A stretch of DNA of 31,497 nt from a virus (taxonomy: Duplodnaviria; Caudoviricetes): the IMG/VR virus record IMGVR_UViG_3300026543_000083, positions 1 through 31,497 of that record; one strand, given 5' to 3'. Under the pieces are notes generated by a model, which saw only the letters and a list, made by a program, of their open reading frames with translations, ran no database searches and was not told the DNA's origin. Shown piece after piece: positions 1-8,413 of this stretch. A program made the position numbers and the translations under genes. Numbering within the stretch: position 1 is the stretch's first letter; each line of letters begins with the position of its first letter.

Positions 1-73
1 ACAAGAAATTATTCTACATTAGAAGTGTTTTATTTAATTGAGGTTCGATATGTGTCAATGAAAATTAGATTGG

Positions 74-586
74 TTATATTGTTACAGTTATTGACCATGA
101 GAGATTCTTTATTGTATGATCTTTTACATTCTCACCCATTTCTTCTAAGATGAATATGTTCATCAAACATTGGAATTTAGACCACTGTTTGTTTACACCA
201 TGTAATAATGTAAATGTAATTGATTTATTATCTGTTATTTTTTTCATCTTCATGTCTGCAATCATACACCATTCCTGAAGCCTTCTCTCAAAGTTTTTTA
301 ATGAAACCACTTCATCTGAAATTTCCCATACAGAAAATTTTCTTTCTGCATGTTTTTTGGCATTTTCCTCGACCCTTTTTGGATCACCAAACATGTCTCT
401 GAGTAATTCTATTTCAACTATCAGCGAATCCTCTTTTGCCTCAAAATATTTTGCATATTTATCAAGAATTCTGGCATAGTATGTTGCAACATGTGGAATG
501 TTTCTTTTCTCTGCACCTTTAGCGAGTTTTTTAATTGAGGATTTTAACACCCTGACACTGACTTGTTCTCGTTCTTCATCTACCAC
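74..586 (-). CDS. Putative transcriptional regulator (RHH-like N-terminus plus alpha/beta C-terminal domain)
   Basis: N-terminal QVSVRVLKSSIKKL..YYARILDKY fits a strand-helix-helix pattern. C-terminal TLLHGVNKQWSKF resembles thaumarchaeal hypothetical regulators (from memory). Confidence 0.5.
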   Translation of the reverse strand: MVDEEREQVSVRVLKSSIKKLAKGAEKRNIPHVATYYARILDKYAKYFEAKEDSLIVEIELLRDMFGDPKRVEENAKKHAERKFSVWEISDEVVSLKNFERRLQEWCMIADMKMKKITDNKSITFTLLHGVNKQWSKFQCLMNIFILEEMGENVKDHTIKNLSWSITVTI

Positions 587-616
587 AAATTTGGATTATA
601 CAGCTTATACTTAACC

Positions 617-671
617 TTCCCGAATGTAACGCAGGTCAGCAACCTTCAATGAGGTGTATTGCATTCGGGAA
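617..671. promoter_or_regulatory. Inverted repeat between divergent genes
   Basis: TTCCCGAATGTAA (617-629) and TTGCATTCGGGAA (659-671), 12/13 complementary. Confidence 0.55.
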
Positions 672-701
672 CACTATAAGCAATCCCTCATTACATGATT
701 C

Positions 702-899
702 ATGAAACAAGAAACAATTTTTTCAGAACATGATGATGTTGAAGATGACTACAAAACATGTCCCTACTGCGGACAAAACACAATCCCTTTCAAGATGGGA
801 GTTTGCATCTGTGGAAGACAGGTAGGCAAAATACAGTATGTGAATGATCCAAAAAAGTATGTAAAAAATTACTACTCATATCGTGGAGTTAAACAATGA
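702..899 (+). CDS. Zn-ribbon microprotein
   Basis: CPYC...CICG; ATGA overlap with next gene. Confidence 0.75.
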   Translation: MKQETIFSEHDDVEDDYKTCPYCGQNTIPFKMGVCICGRQVGKIQYVNDPKKYVKNYYSYRGVKQ

Positions 900-1201
900 C
901 TAGACAAAAATCAAAAGATGGTGTTGATCTTGTGGGATACATAAGAAATACTGGTGAAGATCTAGATGTTAATGTCTCAAAGAAAATACAATTAACGTGT
1001 AATCTTTGTGGGATTGAATCTTGCAGACATATCAACGAACTTACAAGAATGGAAAAAACAATAATTGCAAAGACAGCATTCCCATCATGGGGTAGAAAAT
1101 CTGAAGAATTGGCTGTGAAATTTGCACTTCCTGCCGCATGTATTGCAATTACAATGGGTGGTGTTGGTATAGCTCTTCTAGTGTGGGATTTTCTAACTTG
1201 A
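896..1201 (+). CDS. Zn-binding protein with C-terminal membrane anchor
   Basis: CNLC..CRHI motif; hydrophobic FALPAACIAITMGGVGIALLVW tail. Confidence 0.7.
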   Translation: MTRQKSKDGVDLVGYIRNTGEDLDVNVSKKIQLTCNLCGIESCRHINELTRMEKTIIAKTAFPSWGRKSEELAVKFALPAACIAITMGGVGIALLVWDFLT

Positions 1202-1335
1202 CTATTTACAAATGCCCATGTGGGGTGATACTGGTGAATCATTTTTGCGGTCCCTGCAATATGGTAAACCCTATTGGAATCTGCCTTTACTGCCCTGAAT
1301 GCAAAAATCATCCAATGGATATGATACCATGTTAG
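1198..1335 (+). CDS. Cys-rich microprotein (45 aa)
   Basis: TTG start overlaps upstream TGA; CPC..HFCGPC..CLYCPEC..H. Preferred over the track start at 1138. Confidence 0.6.
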   Translation: MTIYKCPCGVILVNHFCGPCNMVNPIGICLYCPECKNHPMDMIPC

Positions 1336-1641
1336 ATGGAATGGCCTTGTACAAATTTAGGCATGAAAATAAAATTGTTGAATTGGAGTGTGATAAAGTT
1401 GAGGTATAGAATACATGACAAATCATCTTTGGTAAGTGTCTTGATAGATAGGCCTGCATTTGATGAAGCATTTTGTGGTAAAAATCCTAACAGCCCAATA
1501 AATGGAACATTGGAAATCTCACAAAAAAAGTATATTATCAAAAAGTACGTTGAATTACAAGGAAACTCATATTCTGAGAATGAATTTCATGCAATAGAGA
1601 GGGATCATTTTGCTGATGTGTATGTGGAGGATTTGAGATAA
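1336..1641 (+). CDS. Hypothetical protein
   Basis: ATG directly after the previous stop; operon-like packing. Confidence 0.6.
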   Translation: MEWPCTNLGMKIKLLNWSVIKLRYRIHDKSSLVSVLIDRPAFDEAFCGKNPNSPINGTLEISQKKYIIKKYVELQGNSYSENEFHAIERDHFADVYVEDLR

Positions 1642-1643
1642 TA

Positions 1644-1835
1644 ATGACTTGGAGACATTGTAGAGATGTAGATTTAGATTGTTTGATTGATCAATCAATG
1701 GATATGATAAAGTCTGGATTAACCCCTAAAATTATAAAAGAAAAAATCATCTTTGACATAAAGGGTAAGGTGATCATGGACAAAAATTCCAAAAAAATAT
1801 TTTTTATTCTTGAGGATGATAACTCTAATCTTTGA
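1644..1835 (+). CDS. Hypothetical protein
   Basis: GGAGG upstream; 2 nt after the previous stop. Confidence 0.6.
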   Translation: MTWRHCRDVDLDCLIDQSMDMIKSGLTPKIIKEKIIFDIKGKVIMDKNSKKIFFILEDDNSNL

Positions 1836-1914
1836 TTAGATCAAACATAATCAAGGTTTTCATCCATTAGATATAATAATCATCAATGTCAAAACATGTA
1901 ATTAAATATATCCT

Positions 1915-3003
1915 GTGCCTAGAAAATGCATGAGAAAAAGCAAAGAAGACTTCTTTGAGCATATTGATAACAAGGACATTAAGACAATCAAGGCATACAG
2001 AATACGAATTAACAATTTTGAAAAATACTGTTTTGAAAAATTTGGCAATGAAGACATTCTATCTCAATTTACTGACAAGGATGATCAAGTAGATTTGTTT
2101 CAAAAATGGGTAAATTGGAATACTAAGAGACGTGCCCCCTCGGCTGTCTGGAATTTAGCAGCTTCTCTTCGAAAATATACGTATTATCGAGGCTGGCAAT
2201 TAGCTCGAGGTGATCTAAGTGATCTAATAGAATTGCCTAAAAAACCAGAAAAAGAATTGTATGGCCTACGAATCCCTGATATACATTCAATTTTTTCAAC
2301 ATTGAACTTTAATGACACATTGCTACATTGCTTTGATGCTGTTTCTGGTACAAGAATTGGTGAATCCGTCCAGCTAAGAAAAAGACACTTTCTATTAGAT
2401 TACGATAGAATAGTAGTAAAAATTCCCTCACATATTGCAAAATTTAGGAGAGCGAGAACAACTTTTGTGACAAAAGAAATTGGTGTAAATCTTCGAACTA
2501 GATTGAAAAAATTAGATGATGCTGATTTAGTATTTGGTACAAAAACTTTCAATGTTAAAGATGATAGAGAAATAATTGCCAGTGCAATTCATAGCTCCAG
2601 TACTGTAAAAGAAGACAATCTAAGACGAGTCTTGATTAAGGTTGGTCTTGATATGAGATACGAAGATACTGGTAGATATTGGATCAATACACATTCATTC
2701 AGAGCCAGATTCATTACTAAAGTTTCAAGACATGATCCTAATTTAGCTAAATTATTTGCAGGTGAGAAAGGATATCTTTTACAATATGATAGAATGGATG
2801 TAGAAGAAAAACTAGAACATTACATGGAGTTTGAACCCTCATTATACATCTTTGATCAAACCATTAATGAAGAAAAGATTAGAAAATTAAAAGAGGCCAA
2901 TATGAAACTAGAAGAACAGTCCCAAAGATTAGATAAACAAGACATACGTATTGCATCTCTGGAAAGAAATTGGATTCGAGATAACGTGAAATCTACTTCT
3001 TGA
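1915..3003 (+). CDS. int: Tyrosine recombinase/integrase
   Basis: Box I GTRIGE, catalytic K in AKFRR, box II HSFR, candidate nucleophile Y in GYLLQY; C-terminal coiled coil. Confidence 0.9.
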   Translation: MPRKCMRKSKEDFFEHIDNKDIKTIKAYRIRINNFEKYCFEKFGNEDILSQFTDKDDQVDLFQKWVNWNTKRRAPSAVWNLAASLRKYTYYRGWQLARGDLSDLIELPKKPEKELYGLRIPDIHSIFSTLNFNDTLLHCFDAVSGTRIGESVQLRKRHFLLDYDRIVVKIPSHIAKFRRARTTFVTKEIGVNLRTRLKKLDDADLVFGTKTFNVKDDREIIASAIHSSSTVKEDNLRRVLIKVGLDMRYEDTGRYWINTHSFRARFITKVSRHDPNLAKLFAGEKGYLLQYDRMDVEEKLEHYMEFEPSLYIFDQTINEEKIRKLKEANMKLEEQSQRLDKQDIRIASLERNWIRDNVKSTS

Positions 3004-3009
3004 TAACGA

Positions 3010-3372
3010 TTAGATTTGTTTAATTCTATCTTTAAATTTCAAAAGTTCTGGTAATGTCAATGCGTAATGTATGTGATCACAATCTGGACTTTCATCTAGA
3101 TCACAATATAATTTACCATTTTTGATTCTAATCTCAACTAAGCGAGATTTCTTAGCAGTTTCATCTTTCAGAGATAATACGTCTGATTCCATTGACATGA
3201 AGCTAATTTTAGGTGCAACCATTTTTAGAAACTCATATTTTTCAAAATTTGCTTTTACAATATCGTTTGCCAGTTGTTTGATACTGATGTTAGTCTTTTT
3301 TGATTCATTTGTGATTAACTGGTATAATTCAGGATCAAAATCTATTGTTTGTGTGCCTTCCTTACGAGCCAT
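3010..3372 (-). CDS. Putative repressor: RHH-like DNA-binding domain plus Cys/His metal-binding motif
   Basis: TQTIDFDPELYQLI..SIKQLANDIV fits RHH; LYCDLDESPDCDHIHY at C-terminus; divergent from the early operon. Confidence 0.65.
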   Translation of the reverse strand: MARKEGTQTIDFDPELYQLITNESKKTNISIKQLANDIVKANFEKYEFLKMVAPKISFMSMESDVLSLKDETAKKSRLVEIRIKNGKLYCDLDESPDCDHIHYALTLPELLKFKDRIKQI

Positions 3373-3478
3373 AAATTGTACATGTACTTACATGTATTAA
3401 TTCTTATTGACCAGATAACGACTAAAAACTGAGTCCATATTAATATACATGCTAGTCCATGTACTAAACTGTACAAGC
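3373..3478. promoter_or_regulatory. Divergent promoter/operator region (putative lysis-lysogeny switch)
   Basis: GTACATGTAC 3378-3387, TACATGTA 3389-3396, TACATG 3446-3451, CATGTAC 3458-3464, TGTACA 3470-3475; TATA-like TATTAATATA 3438-3447. Confidence 0.6.
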
Positions 3479-3619
3479 ATGGAAATATCAACTGTTAATG
3501 TCAAACCAGAATATCAGAAGAAATTTGATGAAATTGTTGCCATTACCAAGTTATCTAAAACATCCTCTTTAGAATTTTGGATTGATGCAGATTACAAAAA
3601 GGTGGTACTCAAGAAATGA
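3479..3619 (+). CDS. Small RHH-like protein (46 aa), Cro-analogue candidate; not in the ORF track
   Basis: MEISTVNVKPEYQKKFDEIVAITKLSKTSSLEFWIDADYKKVVLKK; ATGA overlap with next ORF. Confidence 0.7.
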   Translation: MEISTVNVKPEYQKKFDEIVAITKLSKTSSLEFWIDADYKKVVLKK

Positions 3620-3789
3620 GTATTCAAACACAATTCAGATGGGAGTGTATTCATGAAAATGATACTAAACATGAAATTGTATTAGAACATGAAGGATCTA
3701 AACATCCTGCAAAATTTTGTAAAAATTGCATTGAAGAGATAAAATCATTTCAAACTGTAAAAATCATTTCGGAGGTTCCACTAAATTGA
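3616..3789 (+). CDS. Zn-binding microprotein (57 aa); not in the ORF track
   Basis: MSIQTQFRWECIH...FCKNC...; coupled at both ends (ATGA, TTGA). Confidence 0.7.
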   Translation: MSIQTQFRWECIHENDTKHEIVLEHEGSKHPAKFCKNCIEEIKSFQTVKIISEVPLN

Positions 3790-4052
3790 CCCCCAGAGAA
3801 ACCCAAATCAAACTAGCTCAGAAATTCTATCTAAAGATTCGTACAATGCATGAAGATTGCATTTACCTTCAATCAATATCTGATGTTTTGAAATTAGACA
3901 TGACAGGAATTAAGATTCCATTTTATGAAATTAATATGGAGTTGCGAAAATATCAAGACTCGGCTAGAATGATGGAGCGTGATCTTGATGAATCTCAACA
4001 GAAACATTTCGTCACAAGAGAAAACAGAATGTTAGTGGATGGTGGAATTTAA
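3786..4052 (+). CDS. Hypothetical helical protein
   Basis: GGAGG before TTG; coupled. Confidence 0.7.
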   Translation: MTPRETQIKLAQKFYLKIRTMHEDCIYLQSISDVLKLDMTGIKIPFYEINMELRKYQDSARMMERDLDESQQKHFVTRENRMLVDGGI

Positions 4053-4055
4053 CTG

Positions 4056-4199
4056 ATGTCCGTAAAGCAAAAGAAATTCAGGTCAAGATATGCAACTCCA
4101 AGAATTAAAAATTGTGTAAACTGCAACCAAGAAATTTACGTTTATTATAATTGCTATCCAATTTGTAACAAATGTTTTGAAAAGGAGAAATCAATTTGA
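4056..4199 (+). CDS. Zn-finger microprotein (47 aa); not in the ORF track
   Basis: MSVKQKK...CVNC...CNKC; TTGA overlap with next gene. Confidence 0.7.
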   Translation: MSVKQKKFRSRYATPRIKNCVNCNQEIYVYYNCYPICNKCFEKEKSI

Positions 4200-4387
4200 C
4201 TCAACAAATTATCTCTGTACAAAATCATAAAATTAGAAAGATAATCAAAAATAACTCTGTGGAACATTTCTGCAACGAATGTAATACTCACTATTCTCAA
4301 CTAAGCTGGGTTAAAGAAGACCATCCAGGAATTGATGTAAAAAAGTTTAGTGAAATTGATTTGAGCAAGGAGGATATTTTCTCTTGA
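4196..4387 (+). CDS. Small Cys/His protein
   Basis: HFCNECNTH; AGGAG upstream; coupled. Confidence 0.65.
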   Translation: MTQQIISVQNHKIRKIIKNNSVEHFCNECNTHYSQLSWVKEDHPGIDVKKFSEIDLSKEDIFS

Positions 4388-4539
4388 AATGCTCAGCAGG
4401 AAGTGAAGGTTTGGTTAGAATCATCCTGCTTTGTTGTGATGATATTTTGGAGGACAAATCCACGAATGATTTGAAAACATCTCTTGAGTTGATCAGGGAT
4501 CAATTAGAGATGATTGGCCAGATGGAGGGTTATGCATAA
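4384..4539 (+). CDS. Hypothetical microprotein (51 aa); not in the ORF track
   Basis: TTG start after GGAGG; ends in TAATG overlap. Confidence 0.6.
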   Translation: MKCSAGSEGLVRIILLCCDDILEDKSTNDLKTSLELIRDQLEMIGQMEGYA

Positions 4540-4883
4540 TGCCTTCACGTGAAAACAAAGACACAGCAACTCAATATGATAAGAGAGTTCAGGCTTCCAA
4601 AAAAGTAAACTTGAGATTCACTCATGAATCATTTACACATTTTCAGACTCTAAATGATGAGGGAATATCCACCCATGAAGGAAAGATAGATCCTGACAAT
4701 CCATTAAATGACACCTGTGATTGTGACTCATTCCTGTATGGCATGGAATTCTTTAGAGTATCTGAGGATTCAGAAAAGATAGAATCAAGATACGTAAACG
4801 AACACGGTGAGGTTTTCCAGTGTAAACATATCATTCGTGCCAAGTATTTTCGAAGTTTTAGACCCAAGGAGATTGTATCATAA
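4539..4883 (+). CDS. SWIM-type zinc-finger protein
   Basis: TCDCDSF...CKHI (CxC-xn-CxH). Confidence 0.75.
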   Translation: MPSRENKDTATQYDKRVQASKKVNLRFTHESFTHFQTLNDEGISTHEGKIDPDNPLNDTCDCDSFLYGMEFFRVSEDSEKIESRYVNEHGEVFQCKHIIRAKYFRSFRPKEIVS

Positions 4884-5461
4884 TGTCTAATGCTGATCTT
4901 GTAAAGTCTGATTTTTCCATAATGGATAGTGAAGATGAAGCACAAATTATTTCCTCTGATGATGATTTGAGAAAAGCACTAGTCTATGATCTCAGAGGAA
5001 CCAAGCAAATCACCTACATTGGATTAAAGTATCTTGTATTGAAAATGAGCCAGTCTGATCAAGCTCTGCACATTCTAAAATCAGAAGTTCAATTGGACAA
5101 GGATGATCCTGAAGACAAACAAATGTGGTATTGGCGAAGTATCGTACGAGTAAAGAATCAAAAAACTGGATTAGAAACTGAAGGAATTTCAGAAGCTCCA
5201 TACTTTGAGGTTGTTAAATATGATAAATTTGGAAGAACAAAGGCCATATCCAAAGCAGAAAGAAACGCATGGCGAAAACAAATTCCTGAACTTGAAATCA
5301 TTTCATTGTTAAAAAATGCAAAGGGTGAACGTACTCAGAAAATAGAAACTAAGGAATCAAACTACTCTGCTGGAACTTTGGATAAAATCTGTAACTGTGA
5401 TGAACCATCCATTGGAAAATCTTCAGGCAAATGTTTGAGATGCGGAGGAAAATCCTCTTGA
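4883..5461 (+). CDS. Rad52/Sak-like single-strand annealing protein with C-terminal Zn ribbon
   Basis: ITYIGL..., TEGISEA..., TKAISKAERNAWRK; C-terminal CNC..CLRC. Confidence 0.55.
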   Translation: MSNADLVKSDFSIMDSEDEAQIISSDDDLRKALVYDLRGTKQITYIGLKYLVLKMSQSDQALHILKSEVQLDKDDPEDKQMWYWRSIVRVKNQKTGLETEGISEAPYFEVVKYDKFGRTKAISKAERNAWRKQIPELEIISLLKNAKGERTQKIETKESNYSAGTLDKICNCDEPSIGKSSGKCLRCGGKSS

Positions 5462-5784
5462 ATCAAACTGTTAAACTAACACAAGAACAAAATGTCCAAA
5501 TTTATTGTGTAACACACGGTCATGCTGATTACATCTGGAATTGTTTTGGGTATGTCCATTGTGGAAGATGTGGTGAACAGATAGGAGATAGATTAGCTGG
5601 TGTATTTGATACAACCAACAAAATATGGGTGGGACATAAATGCGATACATGTGATGGATTAAAGAAAAAACTATCATCATTGGACAAGAAAATCATATCT
5701 AGATTAGAAAAACAAAAGAATTCATTTTATGATTATGAAAAAATTCTGAAAGGAATTACTTTCAAGGAGGAACTGACCTCTTGA
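5458..5784 (+). CDS. Cys/His-rich Zn-binding protein
   Basis: CVTHGH, CGRC, HKCDTC; TTG at 5458 overlaps the upstream stop (track start 5431). Confidence 0.7.
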   Translation: MNQTVKLTQEQNVQIYCVTHGHADYIWNCFGYVHCGRCGEQIGDRLAGVFDTTNKIWVGHKCDTCDGLKKKLSSLDKKIISRLEKQKNSFYDYEKILKGITFKEELTS

Positions 5785-5933
5785 TTACACATTTAGATAT
5801 TCATTTTATCGCACATGGGGAATGTTCTGTAAATAGAATAAACTCTGTGCTGTTTATGGGGATGAGTCCTGGCCATTACATTTCAGATACAAAAATCTGG
5901 AATTTTGGCAGTTACACAAGTTATGGAATATAA
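5781..5933 (+). CDS. Hypothetical microprotein (50 aa); not in the ORF track
   Basis: AGGAGG plus TTGA overlap; fills the operon gap. Confidence 0.5.
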   Translation: MITHLDIHFIAHGECSVNRINSVLFMGMSPGHYISDTKIWNFGSYTSYGI

Positions 5934-5936
5934 AAA

Positions 5937-6140
5937 ATGAGTAATATTAAAAATGGTTTTGTTCAAACTAAACTAACAACAGAACAATTGAAAATATTTA
6001 TCAAATATTGTATCGATAATAATATGACTCCTTTCAGACTTCTAAGGCTATGTGTATGTGAAAAATTTGGAATTCCTGAAAATACACGAACCAAAAGAAC
6101 ACCTGATTTGGAACAAATTCTAAAAGAACTAGAAGATTGA
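5937..6140 (+). CDS. RHH-like DNA-binding protein
   Basis: FVQTKLTTEQLKIFIKYC..TPFRLLRLCV pattern. Confidence 0.6.
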   Translation: MSNIKNGFVQTKLTTEQLKIFIKYCIDNNMTPFRLLRLCVCEKFGIPENTRTKRTPDLEQILKELED

Positions 6141-6514
6141 GTCTTAAACTAGTAGTAAAGAAAGGACAAGTTACTTGTCCATGTTGTCACACTGAACTAA
6201 ATGTAATATCCAAAGTAAACGGATTAGGATCAAAACCTCATGGTAACAAGCATCTCAGAAAGATAACAAAGGGTATCAAGATGGAAATAATCTGTGCCTA
6301 TCTGAACAATCCTGTACTGGAATACACCACAAAACAAATCATTCAAACAATCAACTCAAAACGCTCCATTAATAATAAAATAGAAAGATCAGCACTAACC
6401 AGACCTCATTCTGAACTGGTTGATGCTGGAATTGTAATTACTATGCGTAAATTTGGCTGGGATTACTATTACAAAATCAACGTAGCGAAGGCAAAGGCCG
6501 TGTTAAACGAATAA
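6137..6514 (+). CDS. Zn-ribbon plus winged-helix protein
   Basis: TCPCC N-terminus; YTTKQI..SELVDAGIV..YYYKIN wHTH pattern. Confidence 0.7.
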   Translation: MSLKLVVKKGQVTCPCCHTELNVISKVNGLGSKPHGNKHLRKITKGIKMEIICAYLNNPVLEYTTKQIIQTINSKRSINNKIERSALTRPHSELVDAGIVITMRKFGWDYYYKINVAKAKAVLNE

Positions 6515-6759
6515 TGCCTTCTGAAAATTTTAGTTCTGTCTCCTTGAAGAAATACGCTTTGGAGAAAATGCAGCTAAAATATCTGAAAAACAAGGAATCT
6601 CTTAGAGAAAAAGGCATCAATAGTCTATCAGGATATTTCACTTACATTGCTCAAAAAGATGTAGATGAAACAGAATCTTTGAGAAATATATCTAAAAAGA
6701 TAACAAAAACACCTGATTTTATAAAAATTCCTAAAGAATACTTTCCTTTGGATTTCTAA
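6514..6759 (+). CDS. RHH-like DNA-binding protein
   Basis: FSSVSLKKYALEKM..GINSLSGYFTYI. Confidence 0.6.
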   Translation: MPSENFSSVSLKKYALEKMQLKYLKNKESLREKGINSLSGYFTYIAQKDVDETESLRNISKKITKTPDFIKIPKEYFPLDF

Positions 6760-6762
6760 ACA

Positions 6763-7197
6763 ATGAATAATAATCTAGTTACGTACTTACTTACTTACTT
6801 ACGTAACAATAATAATAATAATAAAAGAAAACAAGAAGGACATACAACACAAATTATCTATAATAAAGAAGATTGGATGAAGTTCAAACATATCTTAGAC
6901 TATGAAGCAACCAACCCTAACAGAATATTTTGGTCTGTTGTGGAAATAATTCTAGAACAGTTTGATCAGAAAGAACATTCCCTTGACAAATTCCTTGAAG
7001 AAGTTGAACTTGCAACCCCTAACATAGATACTGAACCAGAAAAGGTCTTGAAATATTTACAAACCATATCAATAGAAAAAGTAAAAGAGTATGAGGAAAC
7101 ATTCACTAGAAATCTAGTGTACGCAAGAGCAATAACTCAAGGTGAAATTGAATTGGATAACTATCCTCAGCTATGGAGACAATTTATGACTAAATGA
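6763..7197 (+). CDS. Hypothetical protein with a microsatellite-encoded N-terminus
   Basis: LVTYLLTYLRNNNNNN followed by an RHH-like segment; T-tract after the stop. Confidence 0.65.
   Translation: MNNNLVTYLLTYLRNNNNNNKRKQEGHTTQIIYNKEDWMKFKHILDYEATNPNRIFWSVVEIILEQFDQKEHSLDKFLEEVELATPNIDTEPEKVLKYLQTISIEKVKEYEETFTRNLVYARAITQGEIELDNYPQLWRQFMTK
6778..6822. repeat. (TACT)4 framed by an 8-bp inverted repeat, followed by (AAT)5
   Basis: GTTACGTA 6778-6785, TACT x4 6784-6799, TACGTAAC 6800-6807, AAT x5 6808-6822. Confidence 0.9.
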
Positions 7198-7231
7198 TTT
7201 TTTCAATTCACAATAAAAAACTAAGAGACTA

Positions 7232-7444
7232 TTGAGTAAAGTACAGAATAATCAAAGGGTTAGAAGCCGAATAGAAAAGAGAGTGGATAAATTATTTCGT
7301 AATCTCTATGTTGGAACAGATTGTCAAACAACTTTCAAAGTGGGTGAAGTATGTGATATGCTAAAAGATTGTTATTCATTTCAAGGCTCTGATTGTGATA
7401 AGGGAGATAAAATTCTTCAACTAACCGAAAGGAGAAAGTGTTAG
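7232..7444 (+). CDS. Hypothetical protein
   Basis: 70-aa ORF, TTG start, overlaps next gene. Confidence 0.6.
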   Translation: MSKVQNNQRVRSRIEKRVDKLFRNLYVGTDCQTTFKVGEVCDMLKDCYSFQGSDCDKGDKILQLTERRKC

Positions 7445-7653
7445 TTATGATTTTACCTAACAAACTAATTCAATTAGATAATCAAGAACTTAGTGCTATT
7501 ATTTGGGTTATGAATAAACTAGATTCCGAGTATTTAGCACATGGTAGAAACGGTTGTTATCTTGACCATTATGAAAAGAAATTACTTGCTAAACTAAGAA
7601 AAGAACAGAAACGAAGAAATGAAAATAGCCTATTAGAGGGAATGAAAACATGA
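7438..7653 (+). CDS. Hypothetical protein
   Basis: AAGGAG upstream of GTG. Confidence 0.6.
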   Translation: MLVMILPNKLIQLDNQELSAIIWVMNKLDSEYLAHGRNGCYLDHYEKKLLAKLRKEQKRRNENSLLEGMKT

Positions 7654-7681
7654 GTCACATTACACTTCGAGGTAATGGTAA

Positions 7682-7852
7682 TTGAGTAAAGTACAAAATA
7701 AAAAAAGAGATACGATGATGAACGGTAATCTAACTGGTAATGAATCTGTGGTTTCTATTGTATGTAGAAATTGTAACAAAAAAATTGGAAAATACACAGG
7801 CAACGGATTAGTATATGCAATGTGTGATTCCTGTTTTGAGGGATGGGATTAG
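7682..7852 (+). CDS. Zn-finger microprotein (56 aa); not in the ORF track
   Basis: MSKVQNKK...CRNC...CDSC; GAGGT upstream. Confidence 0.65.
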   Translation: MSKVQNKKRDTMMNGNLTGNESVVSIVCRNCNKKIGKYTGNGLVYAMCDSCFEGWD

Positions 7853-7874
7853 ATGGCAATCATGAGAACAGTAA

Positions 7875-8216
7875 TTGAGTAACATCCAAGACGAAGAAGC
7901 AATAATTGGTGTACATCATTCAGGTGTAATACTTCATGAAGGAGAAAATACATCTCTGGGTACAAGTCGTTGCTCAAAATGTTCAAAGAAAATTCATTGT
8001 TATGTTACAGTGGATAGAGACTCAAATGAGGCTAAATTCCATGATACATGCTCAAATAAGGACTGCGAATGCAAGTGTAAAACACATTATTCATGCAAGA
8101 TTTGTGGTCATCTACACCCATACGATCAAAACTGCAACAGTGTAGAGATTGAAATTAGTAGTAATCTCGAATATGACAAAATATTCAACAAAATAATGGG
8201 TTATTCTAAAAAATAA
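7875..8216 (+). CDS. Cys-rich multi-Zn protein
   Basis: CSKC, C..CECKC, CKICGHLH..C. Confidence 0.7.
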   Translation: MSNIQDEEAIIGVHHSGVILHEGENTSLGTSRCSKCSKKIHCYVTVDRDSNEAKFHDTCSNKDCECKCKTHYSCKICGHLHPYDQNCNSVEIEISSNLEYDKIFNKIMGYSKK

Positions 8217-8413
8217 TGATTCACGCTACCATAGATTCAACTGAGCTAGAAAAGAAAATGATCATAACAATAAACTCACAGGAGTCTCATGTCAATTTAC
8301 TGTCAAGGCAACATGCAGAATCACTATCAAAAATAAATAATCTGGAAATGGAAATTAAAAAACTCAAAGACGAAAACCAAAAGCAAAGAATGGAAAAACT
8401 AAACCAGTATTGA
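8216..8413 (+). CDS. Coiled-coil protein
   Basis: Heptad-like C-terminal half; coupled both sides. Confidence 0.65.
   Translation: MIHATIDSTELEKKMIITINSQESHVNLLSRQHAESLSKINNLEMEIKKLKDENQKQRMEKLNQY

Noticed and set aside
1836-1914. attP or tRNA fragment upstream of the recombinase
   Set aside because: Only AT-rich promoter-like sequence is visible; no tRNA 3' end or repeat partner was found by eye.
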